Made by a program: the position numbers and the translations under genes. Below are positions 17,999-28,900 of a stretch of DNA of 64,000 nt, one piece after another. Source of the stretch: Anaerolineae bacterium (GTDB taxonomy: Bacteria > Chloroflexota > Anaerolineae > Aggregatilineales > Phototrophicaceae); the NCBI GenBank assembly GCA_034436155.1, contig DAOTVP010000088.1, positions 6,105 through 70,104 on the forward strand. Reading direction: 5' to 3'. Under the pieces are notes generated by a model. It saw only the letters and a program-made list of their open reading frames with translations. It searched no databases and had not been told where the DNA came from. Each line of letters begins with the position of its first letter. The stretch's first letter is position 1.

Positions 17999-19492
17999 TT
18001 ACATTATCAACGGCAAAAGTGGCGCTTTATCTTGTTTGAGCCAGTCGAGGGCGTTCATCTGTGTCAATAAGGCGTGTGCTTCATTATAATATGCCACATT
18101 ATCGCATATTTTCGCCAATTTGAGCAAACATCCCGCGATGTCGAGCCTGCGGTCATGCTCCCGCGCCAAGCGAAGCCCGTCACTCAGATACGTCACCGCT
18201 TGGTCGGGATACAATTCTGCCGCCATGCGATACGCTAAGATGGGCAAAATGCTGTGTTCGCCATCCTTGCAAATTTGCCAGACGTTATCTAAATGTTGGC
18301 GGGCTTTTTGTGTATCACCCAACATATGGTGGCATAAGCTGATGAGTACCTCATCGTTACCACGCCCTTCACTGGGATACTTATAGGCGCTGATTGAGGT
18401 ATGGAGATAATCGAGGCATTTGGTCGGTTGGTTACGATACAAACGCAGTTGCGCCCAATTGCCACAGGCGCGTTTATATTCGCGCTCACTGCCCAATTCA
18501 CGGGCGCGTTTGATATGCTCGTCGATATAGACACTCGCTAAATCTAAGCGCCCTTGCGAGAGATAGACCAAACCCAAATTGCCGTTGAGTTTCATCTCGC
18601 GCTGAACATCGCCCGATTCTTTCGCCAACCGAAATGCTTGGGCATAAACGGCTTCTGCCTCGCGCAATTTGCCCCATGACCAATAACACAAGCCTAAATC
18701 GCCATACACGCCACAAGCGGTCGCCAATTCGTGGAGCGATTCGTAATTTTGGGCAGATGCGGTCAATTCAGGTGCGGCACTGGCATACGCGCCATCTGCC
18801 CAACGGATAAGCCCCAGTTGATGTTGTAACAAGGCTTGCTCGTGCAAGGGCGCATCGGGCTTTAACCACGTATCTGCCATAGTTTCTATGATCATGCGCC
18901 CTTGTTTAATTTTTCCTTGTAGGCGCAATGCAACCGCCCATATGGTATATGACGTATACGGAAACGGTGCCTGGAGGGCATTAATTGCCCTTTCTGTTTG
19001 TTCCATCACATCGATAGCTTGTTGATATTTGCCAAAATGACCGATGAGGATATTGCAGACCGTCTTGGATGCCTCCGCGATCAGGTCTGGATTGTGGCTC
19101 TCATTGGCATACTGCAAGGCGTGCATCGCCCATTCATACGCCTGATGGCGATGCACGCGCTCATAAGCGATTTGGGCGCGTAACCGATACACCAGCGACA
19201 ACCGTGACACATCATTGGGCGCGATGTGCTCAAGCGCCTCGCGCAGGACTGCATCCCACTGGTGTATCATGCTATACCGAATCGGCGCATGAGTCACTGT
19301 TTCTATCAACCGAATTTGCGCCTGATAAAATGTCTCATCATGCCAACAAACCGCCATGTTCATCAGTAAATCGGCGAGTTCATTTTTCAATTCTTGTGGA
19401 TTTTCTAAATACTTCCCCACCTGATTCACCCGATTGGTGAATACCGCTAAAGACCGTTGGCGACGTTTATCGAGTTCAATTGCGCTGGGCAT
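17999..19492 (-). CDS. TPR-repeat protein (sensor/scaffold half of a split STAND protein?)
   Basis: Start placed at ATG 19492 (MPSAIELDKRR), 17 nt inside the upstream gene. Repeated TPR-like A..Y..AL/G.Y..A helices throughout. Confidence 0.68.
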   Translation of the reverse strand: MPSAIELDKRRQRSLAVFTNRVNQVGKYLENPQELKNELADLLMNMAVCWHDETFYQAQIRLIETVTHAPIRYSMIHQWDAVLREALEHIAPNDVSRLSLVYRLRAQIAYERVHRHQAYEWAMHALQYANESHNPDLIAEASKTVCNILIGHFGKYQQAIDVMEQTERAINALQAPFPYTSYTIWAVALRLQGKIKQGRMIIETMADTWLKPDAPLHEQALLQHQLGLIRWADGAYASAAPELTASAQNYESLHELATACGVYGDLGLCYWSWGKLREAEAVYAQAFRLAKESGDVQREMKLNGNLGLVYLSQGRLDLASVYIDEHIKRARELGSEREYKRACGNWAQLRLYRNQPTKCLDYLHTSISAYKYPSEGRGNDEVLISLCHHMLGDTQKARQHLDNVWQICKDGEHSILPILAYRMAAELYPDQAVTYLSDGLRLAREHDRRLDIAGCLLKLAKICDNVAYYNEAHALLTQMNALDWLKQDKAPLLPLIM

Positions 19493-20921
19493 ATAACGTA
19501 TCCTGTGGATGTGGCAAAAAGTGTTTGCGGATGTAATGAATGATGAGGCGGTGCATCGAATACACCTTGCTGATTTGATCATAATAGACCAGATACACAT
19601 CTATCAAATCATGCAACCCCGCATCGATCTCAGAGCAGGTGAGATGTTTGAGATTTTCGCGGATTTTATCGAGCGTCACGCCGCGTTCCATCATGAAATT
19701 CATGCCCAAATCCCAACATAATTCGCGGGCGTTATCATCGAGCATCTCTAAGATGCGCTCGTATAGATAATCGAACAGGTTGTTATGACGCTTGAATGCT
19801 TCATCGGTTTGATTCCATTCCGATTTGGTCTGGGCGAGTTTGGTGAGCAGGTTATCTATCGAAGTGCTTTTTATCAACACACTAAACAACCACAATGCCA
19901 ACGGATTGCCCCCGATTTCGGCGTGCAGGCGCGTCACCTCGTCTAAAGTGACATTATGCCCACACTTTCGAAGCATGGCATAGGCGTGTTCGGGCGATAA
20001 TTCACGCGGTTGAAATTGTGCGATATGACTACTGACGGTATCTAAACTTTTGCGCGAGGTGATAATCAGGCGCGAGTGCGTGTTGATGATGGTCAATTTT
20101 TGGATGAAATCGGCAAATTCATCCATATCTTCGTAGGTTTCGAGGTTATCCAGAATGATTAATACCGTATGTTTTTGATAATAGTCGAGGATGAGCGCCA
20201 ATTTTTCCGCTTGGGGTGTGGTGTTTGATACCACGATGCCCATCTGCGAAGCCAATTGGTTGAGCGCGTCATCCAAATGAGAAATGGTCTCACCAACCCA
20301 ACGATGTTCACCATCTACTTCCAAAAATCCCTGTCGCACACCGATAAAATAAATGCCCTCAAATATGCCTGTCTCGCCCAATGCCTGCGCCACTTGCACC
20401 GCCGCCGATGTTTTGCCCATGCCCCCCGGTCCCTCAAAACTCACGGCACGGGTTTGATCGAGTAAGCTGTCGGTGGCACGCTCAATCATATCATCGGTGC
20501 GGATCACATTGCCCAATGACTTGCGGATATGTTGGGGCAAATGCTGGGAGATGGTTTGCTTAACCTTGCGCCAATAGTCGAAAGCGGTTTTATCAAACAC
20601 CAATAATGAGGCATTCGGATAGGCAAATTTTGCCATATCCTGATATTCTTTGAGCAAATCCGCCGCATCTTCGTATCGGTTGAATCCACCATGAAAGGTC
20701 AATAATTGCAACACGCTTAAAAACAGGGCGGGGTCGGGCGCACAGGTCTCGTGCGTCTCCCAGCGAGATATATATTGCTGTTTATATAATTTATCGGGTT
20801 TGAGTTTATAATTGAGCAGTTTCGCCAAGATTTTGCATGATAGACGATGGTTTTGGTAACGGGCTTGTTTGCGATAGGCGGCAAATTTTTCTCGAAATTG
20901 ATAGCGACTCATCATCAACAT
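19476..20921 (-). CDS. HTH + NB-ARC (STAND) P-loop NTPase
   Basis: Walker A GPGGMGKTS, Walker B VLIILDNLE, winged-helix end YSMHRLIIHYIRK, N-terminal HTH-like segment. Start uncertain (GTG 20945 or ATG 20921/20915/20912). Confidence 0.72.
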   Translation of the reverse strand: MLMMSRYQFREKFAAYRKQARYQNHRLSCKILAKLLNYKLKPDKLYKQQYISRWETHETCAPDPALFLSVLQLLTFHGGFNRYEDAADLLKEYQDMAKFAYPNASLLVFDKTAFDYWRKVKQTISQHLPQHIRKSLGNVIRTDDMIERATDSLLDQTRAVSFEGPGGMGKTSAAVQVAQALGETGIFEGIYFIGVRQGFLEVDGEHRWVGETISHLDDALNQLASQMGIVVSNTTPQAEKLALILDYYQKHTVLIILDNLETYEDMDEFADFIQKLTIINTHSRLIITSRKSLDTVSSHIAQFQPRELSPEHAYAMLRKCGHNVTLDEVTRLHAEIGGNPLALWLFSVLIKSTSIDNLLTKLAQTKSEWNQTDEAFKRHNNLFDYLYERILEMLDDNARELCWDLGMNFMMERGVTLDKIRENLKHLTCSEIDAGLHDLIDVYLVYYDQISKVYSMHRLIIHYIRKHFLPHPQDTLYAQRN

Positions 20922-21073
20922 CCTAAATCTACATATTTTTACCACAGTCCCTTCTAGTATATCACATAGGACTTTGGTATGCTTGATATTGACTCATAAA
21001 ATCTTGTAGGTGATATCTGGCATATGTGGGAATGCCTATTTCCACCTTATTTATAAGGTAGGGGATAACATCT

Positions 21074-21274
21074 CGAAGGAGCGCCTTCATCCCATCCGAA
21101 GGCGCTTCTTCGTTTTATAGTCCCGCCATCGGTTCAAAACCGATGGCTAGTCGTCTTTGAAGCCCACTGAAGGGGCTTGGTCTCACCTGTTTTTGAGGAT
21201 AAATCTATTTTATAGCGGGTTTGAGCGCCTTTAGTGCGCTTGATGCGACTAGCGAGATGCTCAAAGCATCTCGC
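21074..21274. repeat. Cluster of five unrelated stem-loops in one intergenic region
   Basis: Hairpins at 21074-21112, 21125-21147 (GCCATCGGTT-caa-AACCGATGGC), 21160-21178, 21224-21240 and 21252-21274 (GCGAGATGC-tcaaa-GCATCTCGC). Confidence 0.7.
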
Positions 21275-21289
21275 GCTACTGATGTCAGA

Positions 21290-22321
21290 TTAGTTTGGTG
21301 CGCTAAAAGTGATGATCGCGCCTTCGCCTTCGGCAGAGACGGCATTCACCGATACCACATACGAGCCATCGACCGGGTTTTTAGCGATGCTATACGGAAA
21401 ATTCAGTCCCGTCAGCACAGGGATAACGCCATCGGGTGTGATAGCGACCACGCCACCGCTATCGGCTTGCCAACCGCCCGCCTGCGGATTAAATTCGCCG
21501 TAGACCACCGCCAACAAGACCCCGCCGTCATCGAAGATGACATCGGTCAACAGGCTTAACCCTTCATACGTCATGACGAGTTCATCGCTGGCGCTATCAT
21601 ACACTTCGATACGCGCCGCACCACTCAAGAACGGGAAGCCCGTCAAAAAGCTGACGGCATATTGGCTACCATCTTCATTATAAGCAACCGCCGTTGGGAC
21701 GGGGTTGCCTTCCCACGCCTTCACCACATCCAACGCGCCGTCAAAACTGGCACGATACAGTGTGTTGCCACTGGCATCGACAATCAGGGCGCTCATGCCA
21801 TCGGGCGCGAGCGCGATACTGGTTGGGTTAGAGAGCAATTCGCCCGTGCCATCGGGATCGTATTGATGTTCATAACCGAAGGGGTCAAAAATCATCTGTG
21901 GGCGCAGGCTGATGCGGTCATACGATACGACTGTGCCAGCCAGTGTCACGCCTTTCATCTCATGACCCATCACCACCCATAGGCTATCCGCCGTTGGAAC
22001 GACATCCATCGCGCCAACGATTTCGCCACCCATGTTCATGCTGGGCAGGTAATCAATCACCACGCTGGCTTCACCATCCACCACCGCCGAAATGCGTGCC
22101 GTGTTGCCATACATCGCGGGACCAAACGGACCCTCGATTTCGGTCTCGCCACCTAAGCCCGCTTCCGCCACATACAGCACGCCGTTGTCATCAAAATTCA
22201 AGCCACGCGGGTTGTTCAATCCATCCGCCAAGACGGTGTAATCCAAATCTTGTGCAAAATTGGGCAACACGCCAATCATCAATAGAGCGAGTATCGTAAA
22301 CAGTGTAAATTTGGTACGCAT
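21290..22321 (-). CDS. Secreted beta-propeller protein (ScyD/NHL-like)
   Basis: Start at ATG 22321 (MRTKFTLFTILALLMIGVLPNFAQD). Motif LADGLNNPRGLNFDDNGVLYVAEAGLGGE. Family assignment is tentative. Confidence 0.6.
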   Translation of the reverse strand: MRTKFTLFTILALLMIGVLPNFAQDLDYTVLADGLNNPRGLNFDDNGVLYVAEAGLGGETEIEGPFGPAMYGNTARISAVVDGEASVVIDYLPSMNMGGEIVGAMDVVPTADSLWVVMGHEMKGVTLAGTVVSYDRISLRPQMIFDPFGYEHQYDPDGTGELLSNPTSIALAPDGMSALIVDASGNTLYRASFDGALDVVKAWEGNPVPTAVAYNEDGSQYAVSFLTGFPFLSGAARIEVYDSASDELVMTYEGLSLLTDVIFDDGGVLLAVVYGEFNPQAGGWQADSGGVVAITPDGVIPVLTGLNFPYSIAKNPVDGSYVVSVNAVSAEGEGAIITFSAPN

Positions 22322-22482
22322 AAGGCTATTCTCTCCTGTGTTATTGGTAAAAAGGGACATACGTCCACATTTAGCATACGCCAAATAACGGAATATAACA
22401 ATAGATGATAAATAAGCGTATATTTTGGATTGAGGCAAGGTCTAGCTTATCTGTACAAAACCGCTCCTGTGATGAATCGTAG

Positions 22483-22517
22483 TGGCGGATTAGCGCCAAC
22501 GGCGCGTATATCCGCCA
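22483..22517. repeat. Two-tier REP-like hairpin (TA...GTAT orientation)
   Basis: TGGCGGAT-ta-GCGCC-aac-GGCGC-gtat-ATCCGCCA. Confidence 0.85.
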
Positions 22518-22554
22518 TACCCATGATGGTGATGTATGTTGCGCGTGAATTGGC

Positions 22555-22743
22555 GTGATTTGCCAACGAGAATTAGATCGCCTACGCGAAGAATTGGCAC
22601 GCCATTACCTGACGAAATCGGATTATACCGGTGGGCAAATCGCGTTTTTGTTGGGGTATGATGACCCCAATTCGTTCTTTCGGGCGTTTCGGTTGTGGAC
22701 GGGGCAAACGCCTGAACATATCCGCGCCGAAGCGAGGATGTGA
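22555..22743 (+). pseudogene. AraC-family regulator, C-terminal HTH remnant only
   Basis: 62 aa: QIAFLLGYDDPNSFFRAFRLWTGQTPEHIR is the second AraC HTH. In-frame stop at 22546-22548 just upstream, with no sensor domain. Confidence 0.55.
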
Positions 22744-22789
22744 GGATATACAACAGGGATAATATATGCGCTTCTGTGCCAAACAAAAA

Positions 22790-22822
22790 GGGACGATATA
22801 CGCGCTTCGCGCTAATCGTCCC
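22790..22822. repeat. Two-tier REP-like hairpin (ATAC...TA orientation)
   Basis: GGGACGAT-ataC-GCGC-ttc-GCGC-ta-ATCGTCCC. Confidence 0.85.
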
Positions 22823-22912
22823 CTACCGATGATGATAATTGTTAGGGTGCGTACTGGCAGATTAACACCGTCAGGTGTGTATATCCGCCATTCTGCATCC
22901 CAAAGGCGTGCT

Positions 22913-25900
22913 TTACGCCATCGCCCGTTTGCGCCACACGACAAATGTTAATCCGAGTGTGGCTAATCCGAGCAATCCGATAATCAACGCATCGCGCCAC
23001 GCGGGTGCTTCACCCGTTGCGGGCAATGCCACGATGTTGTTATCCACCACCAATAAGGCGGTGGTTGTATCCACAACCTGACCGTTCACAATCAACCGCC
23101 CTTGAACGAGTGCCGTGGCTTGGGTATAAGTCGGCGCAACGGTCGCATCGAGGTCAAGCGTAACCTGTTCGCCGTTGGCAATCTGCCCAAAGTTCAGGCG
23201 CACGCCATTATTCGAGGCGGGTTGTGTTTGTTGCGATTGGACGGGTGCGCCCACTCGTTTGGCGAAATCGGTCATCGCTTTGGCAATTTCTTGGAAGAAA
23301 CTGGGGATGCCATGCGATGAGCGGGCGTTGCTGGCGCTGATGCCACGAGGCAACACCAATTCGAGCGTACCTGTCATGCCATTGCCACTAAAGTTCTCGA
23401 AGATGAGCGAAATGGCTTTGCTCCCACCGCGCCCAACGAAGTTGTTATTATTCTCGAAGCGGATGATCAACATTGGGCGGTTTTGCGCGGGTGGTGGATT
23501 GTTGCCCGGTGGGTCTACTGGTGGCACAACAACAGTGGTGCTGGCGGTCGCCGTGACCGTGTTGGATGGTGCGGATGCGTTGAAGCTGGTATCCACCGCC
23601 ACGATGTAATAATCATACGTTGTGCCAGAGACGACTGTTGTATCGATATACGATGTGGCGAGCGGGTTGGTGATAGTTGCAATCAACACACCATCACGAT
23701 ACACCTCAAACGCGAACAAATCGCCATCGGTATTCGGATGCGCCACCCAACCGAGTTCAATTTGGGTATCGCTCACACCGATCACCGATAAGCCTGTGGG
23801 CGCACTCGGCGCGGTGGTATCAGTTGGCGCGGTGACGGTCAGTTGACCTGCATCGGCGGGGTTATATGTGGCGAAGGTCAAATCACGGAACGGACCCGCG
23901 TTTGTGCCATAATACCATGTTGCGCCACCATCGCCACTATACCGATATAGATAATCGTAATTGCCAACAGCAGTCGGGATGAAATTGCCTCGATATTCGT
24001 CATTGGTCGGACCAAAACCGCCTGTATTGCCGTTAAAGGTGGTGCTGAACCATTGCCATGCAGGGTCATTCGGCGCGACACCATCGGGTCCATAACCCAC
24101 TTCTGCCAGTAAACCGGGCGTGGGATCGACACCATTTTGATTGCCTGTAACGCCATTAATCCAGATTTGCCCGTAAATATCGGGGACAGGCGTGGTGGCG
24201 CTCAAAGTATGGGTGATGGTGGGGGGCCACTGCAAATTGAACCATGTATTCGGACCATCGTTCAGGTCGTATAACACATTGGTGACGGTGAAGCTAAAAC
24301 TGCTCACAATTTGTTGGGTATCACCAGCTACATCATGATTGCCCGATAGCGTGACGGTATACGTGTCGTATGGCAGTGGCAATTCACCCACGTCTATTGT
24401 GAAGGTATGGGTATCGGTGGCGCTGTTATAGGTCAAGACACCTGCTACAGGGTTAGACGCGCTATCCAACACCGTGAACACACCTATTGGGCTATTATTC
24501 GGCAAGCCCGCGGGCATATCCTGATTCCATGTGAAGGTGATGGTGGGGATGTTGCCATCGCTGAAGGTGGCACCATCGGCAGGTATGCTCGAAATGACAT
24601 ACGGGTCGCGCCAATTGGCAACCGTATCGGCAATGCTCGGTGTACCAGGGACCGTATAGGTGCGGTTTGCCCCGCCTAAGATTTCGGTGTTGCCATCGGC
24701 TTCTTTTTCAACCGTTTCCCATGAGCCGCGGGTGTATTTATATTGGAACGATGTGCCAACGGGTACGCTGTTGAAGGTTAATTCCCATACATTTCCGCCG
24801 ACATTCGTCATGGGCATGTGCGTCCAATCTGTACCGCCGACAGAGGCAAATGTGCCGATGAGGTGAACTGTCCCTGGCGTATGGCTGGGGACGGTCACGC
24901 TGAAGGTGACATTCACACCTGCAATCGCGCTCACGCTGAATGTGGATGCGAATGGCACTTGTTGATTATTGCCATTCCAATCGGTATTACCCGATACCGC
25001 CACACTGTACGCGCCATCTGGCAATACTGCATCGGGTGTAAAGGTATGGGTATTCGTGCCTGTGCCGATTGTGCCTGTCACAGGTGCGGGGACGCTATCC
25101 GATACGGTGAATATGCCATTGATATCGGGCATATTTTTATTCCATGTGATGGTCACAACCGTGTTCGGCGGGTTGTTGATTGACGCATCGGCAGGTGTAA
25201 TGCTGATGACATACGGGTCGCGCCAATTGCCAACCGTATTATTCACGGTTTGCGTTTGACCGCCACCATCGGCAACTGTCACGCTACGATTCGCCACACC
25301 ATCATACCCATTGGCTTGCATTTCTTCATTCGACCAAGCGTTACGGGTGAATTTATATTCAAAATAACCCGTATCAGGCAGGATAAGCGTGGTACGCCAC
25401 AACGTTGGGCTGATTTGTGTCATCAGGATACCCGCAGGATCCCAATTTGGATAACCCGCGCTCCCAAAACTACCGACCAAATACACATCGGTTGGGGTAT
25501 GGCTTGGGACGGTAGCATTAAATGTAACCGCCACCATGCCCGCAGGCAAGCCGACATCGAAGCTATAATTATATGGTACTTGTTGAACATCACCCACAAT
25601 ATCCAAACAGCCTGCAACCGCAACGGTATGCGCTCCTACCGCTAAATTCGCCGATGGGGTGAAGGTGCTGGTGTTGGATGGCGCATCAAATGTCCATGTG
25701 CCTGTCACCACCCCGCTCGGACCCGTGACGGTCACGCATGAATTCAGGTTGGCAGGCATATCCTGATTCCACACAATTTCGAGTGCGCTACCGGGTGGCA
25801 CGCCTGTCGCGCCATTGACGGGATTGGTGCTGACGACCAACGGGTCACGCCAATTGGCAACCGTATTATTCACCGTTTGTGTTCCTGTCACGCCGTAATT

Positions 25901-28900
25901 GGCGGTGTGTGTACGGTTGCTGATTTCGGTGTTGCCATCCGCGGCTTTATCACCTCGTAACCAATCCCCACGCGAATATTTATACTCGATTGTCGTGCCG
26001 TCGAGGATGTTGAAGGTGATCTCCCACGTTGTCGGACCCGTTTGCGTCATGATGTAGGCAGGGTCGCTCGGATTCCAACCGTTAAAACTGCCGACAATAT
26101 GCACGGGTCCGGGTGATGGATTCGGCACAGTCGCCACGAATGTCACTGCGACTTGGCGTAACACGGCATCGGCGTTGACGGTGTTGGATGGAGCAGATTC
26201 GTTCAGGCTGGTATCAATCGCCGTGATGTAATAATTGTAATTTTCGCCACTAGTGACGGTGCTATCAATATATTGCACCGCACCTGCGCCGACAACCGTA
26301 CCGATGAGCGTGAATCCGGGCGAGGCGGTATTTTCACGGTAGATCCTAAAGCCGTACAAATCGCCATCGGTATTCGGATGGGCATCCCAACCAAGTGTCA
26401 CCGATGTGCTGGTGGTCGCCAAAACCGTGAGGTTAGTCGGCGCGGCGGGCGCTGTCGTATCGGCGGGTGGATTGACAGTCAATACGCCGACATTCCCCAA
26501 TCCATAATCACCCCCTGGTGGGTTAAGTTGCGAATAACGCCATGTTAAGCCACCATCGGTAGACCAACGATAGGTATACCAGAATGTGCCTGTCGCGGTG
26601 GGCAATAATGTCCCCATAAATTCATCATTGTTGCCGGCATTGACGTTAAAAGTCGTTGGGAACCATACCCATGACGGGTCGCTTGGGGCGATGTTTTCTG
26701 GACCATAACCGACTTGGGCGAGTAAACCCGGTGTTGGGTCTACGGCATTCTGACCACCAGTCACACCTGCAATATACACCTGTCCATAAATGTTGCTTGT
26801 TGGGGTCACGGCGCTCAAGGTATGGGTGAGGGTGGGGGGCCATTGTAAAGTATGCCAATCAATGGCGAGGGCAGGGGTGGCGCTGACCTCGTTGTTGCAA
26901 TACAAATCGCTGGTGACGAGTGTCGTGCCATTTTTGCCGACCACGCGATAATAATAGGTGGTGGCGTTGGCGACAGTTGTATCGCTATAGCTGGTGGTGG
27001 GGTGGTTGGCGAGGATTAAATCGTAACCGCCACCACTCAGGCGACTGCGATAAATATCATACACGGTGGCATTGGTCGCCGCCGACCACGACAAATTGAC
27101 ACTTCCCGCGCCACTCACAGCAACAAGGTCCGTGATACAGGTTGGGCGGGCAATCGCCGTATTCAGGCGCAAAATCACACCACCGCGTGCGGGTAAGCTA
27201 GCGATGACAATTTCGCCACTGCCATTCACCGTGTAACCTGTGCTGGTGAGCAAATCGGTCAGGCTACTGCCTACGGGGATGTATCCGCTTACGTTGATTG
27301 TCGCCGATTGGGCGCTATTCGTGCCGTTGACCACCACAATCACGGTGTTGCTATCATCACCCAATTTACGCCCATAGGCATAAATATCGCCCGATGTATA
27401 TAACGGGTCGAAGCTACCTGTCCGCAGGGCGGGGTTGCTGTTGCGGATGTCGATCAGTTGGGCGTAGTAATTGTACAACGCATCACGCGAGGCTGTGCTT
27501 TGCAGGTGGGTATAGAATGGCGTGCCTGTTTCATCCAACCACGGATACGGTTGGCGATTATACGGGTCATCTTGCCATTGTGAACCGTCAAAGCCGATGG
27601 GTCCGACCAAGCCGATTTCATCGCCATAATAAATCGTTGGCGCACCGGGCAATGTCATTTGCATGAGCGCCGCACCGCGCAAGCGACTGATGGCATCGCT
27701 CCAATCGTAGGTGGGGTTGTTATAGGTAGCGGGATTGTTCGAGCCTGTGTTGTGATCGAGCAAGAATAACACGCGGTTGGTGTCGTGACTACCGAACAGG
27801 TTCATCATAGCATAGAACGCGGGCGGGGCATATCGTTCTTCGAGGTTGAGCAGGCGTTCATTCACCCCGTTGGCATCCAACGGATTCAACACACCTGCTG
27901 AACTACCCGCGTTGAAGTCGTTATCATTAAACGTAGTATCACGCCAGAAGCTGAGGACGGCGGCGCTGAATTGATAATTCATGGTCGCGTCCCATTCTCC
28001 GCCAATTGTCCACGAGGTGGGGTTGCCCCATTCTTCGCCAACGATATACACATCGGGGTCTATGGCGCGGACGGCGGCGCGGAAATCTTCCCAATAATCA
28101 TCAGTGGGGTCGTTAATCGTCCCATGGTCAATTTCTGGGGCGACATCTAAGCGCCAACCCATCGCACCTTGGGCAATCCAGTATGGACCGACAGAATTCA
28201 CGCCGTTGTTGATGAAATAATCACGCACGGGACCGTAATCGTGTTGGAAAACGGGTAAGCTATCGAAAATGCCGAACCATTTTGGATAATCGCGGTTATC
28301 CGAACATGGGGCGGGGGGAGTGCCTGTATAATTAAAGAAGGTGTACCATGGGGTGAATGAGCCAGAATTGGTCTCGCACGCCCCGCTATTATCATCCGTA
28401 CCGAGTACGGTCGATGTCGGGAATACACCGGGCGTACTGCCACCCGTCCAACGGCTGTAACGGTCAAAATACACACTATCCGATGACGAGTGATTGAACA
28501 CACCATCCAGAATGATGTTGATACCACGCGCATTCGCCGCAGCGACTAACGCTTGGAAATCGGCGAGCGTGCCAAAGTTATCATCCACCACAAAAAAGTC
28601 GGTGGTGTCGTATTTATGATTGGATGGTGATTCAAAAATCGGGTTCAAATAAATCGCTGTCACGCCCAAGCTATCGATATACGGTAATTGGTCGATAATC
28701 CCTTGCAGGTCGCCACCGTAAAAATTCTGGCTCCAAATTCCGGGGCAAGTCGTACCCGGATTGAAGCTACTACGCGGGTCACAGATGGGGGTGTTCCAAT
28801 TGGTGGCATTTGAACGATACACCGTATCGAAATTGCCATAAAAAAATTCGCCCGCCGATGGATTATTAGATGAATCACCATCGCGGAAGCGATCGGGGAA

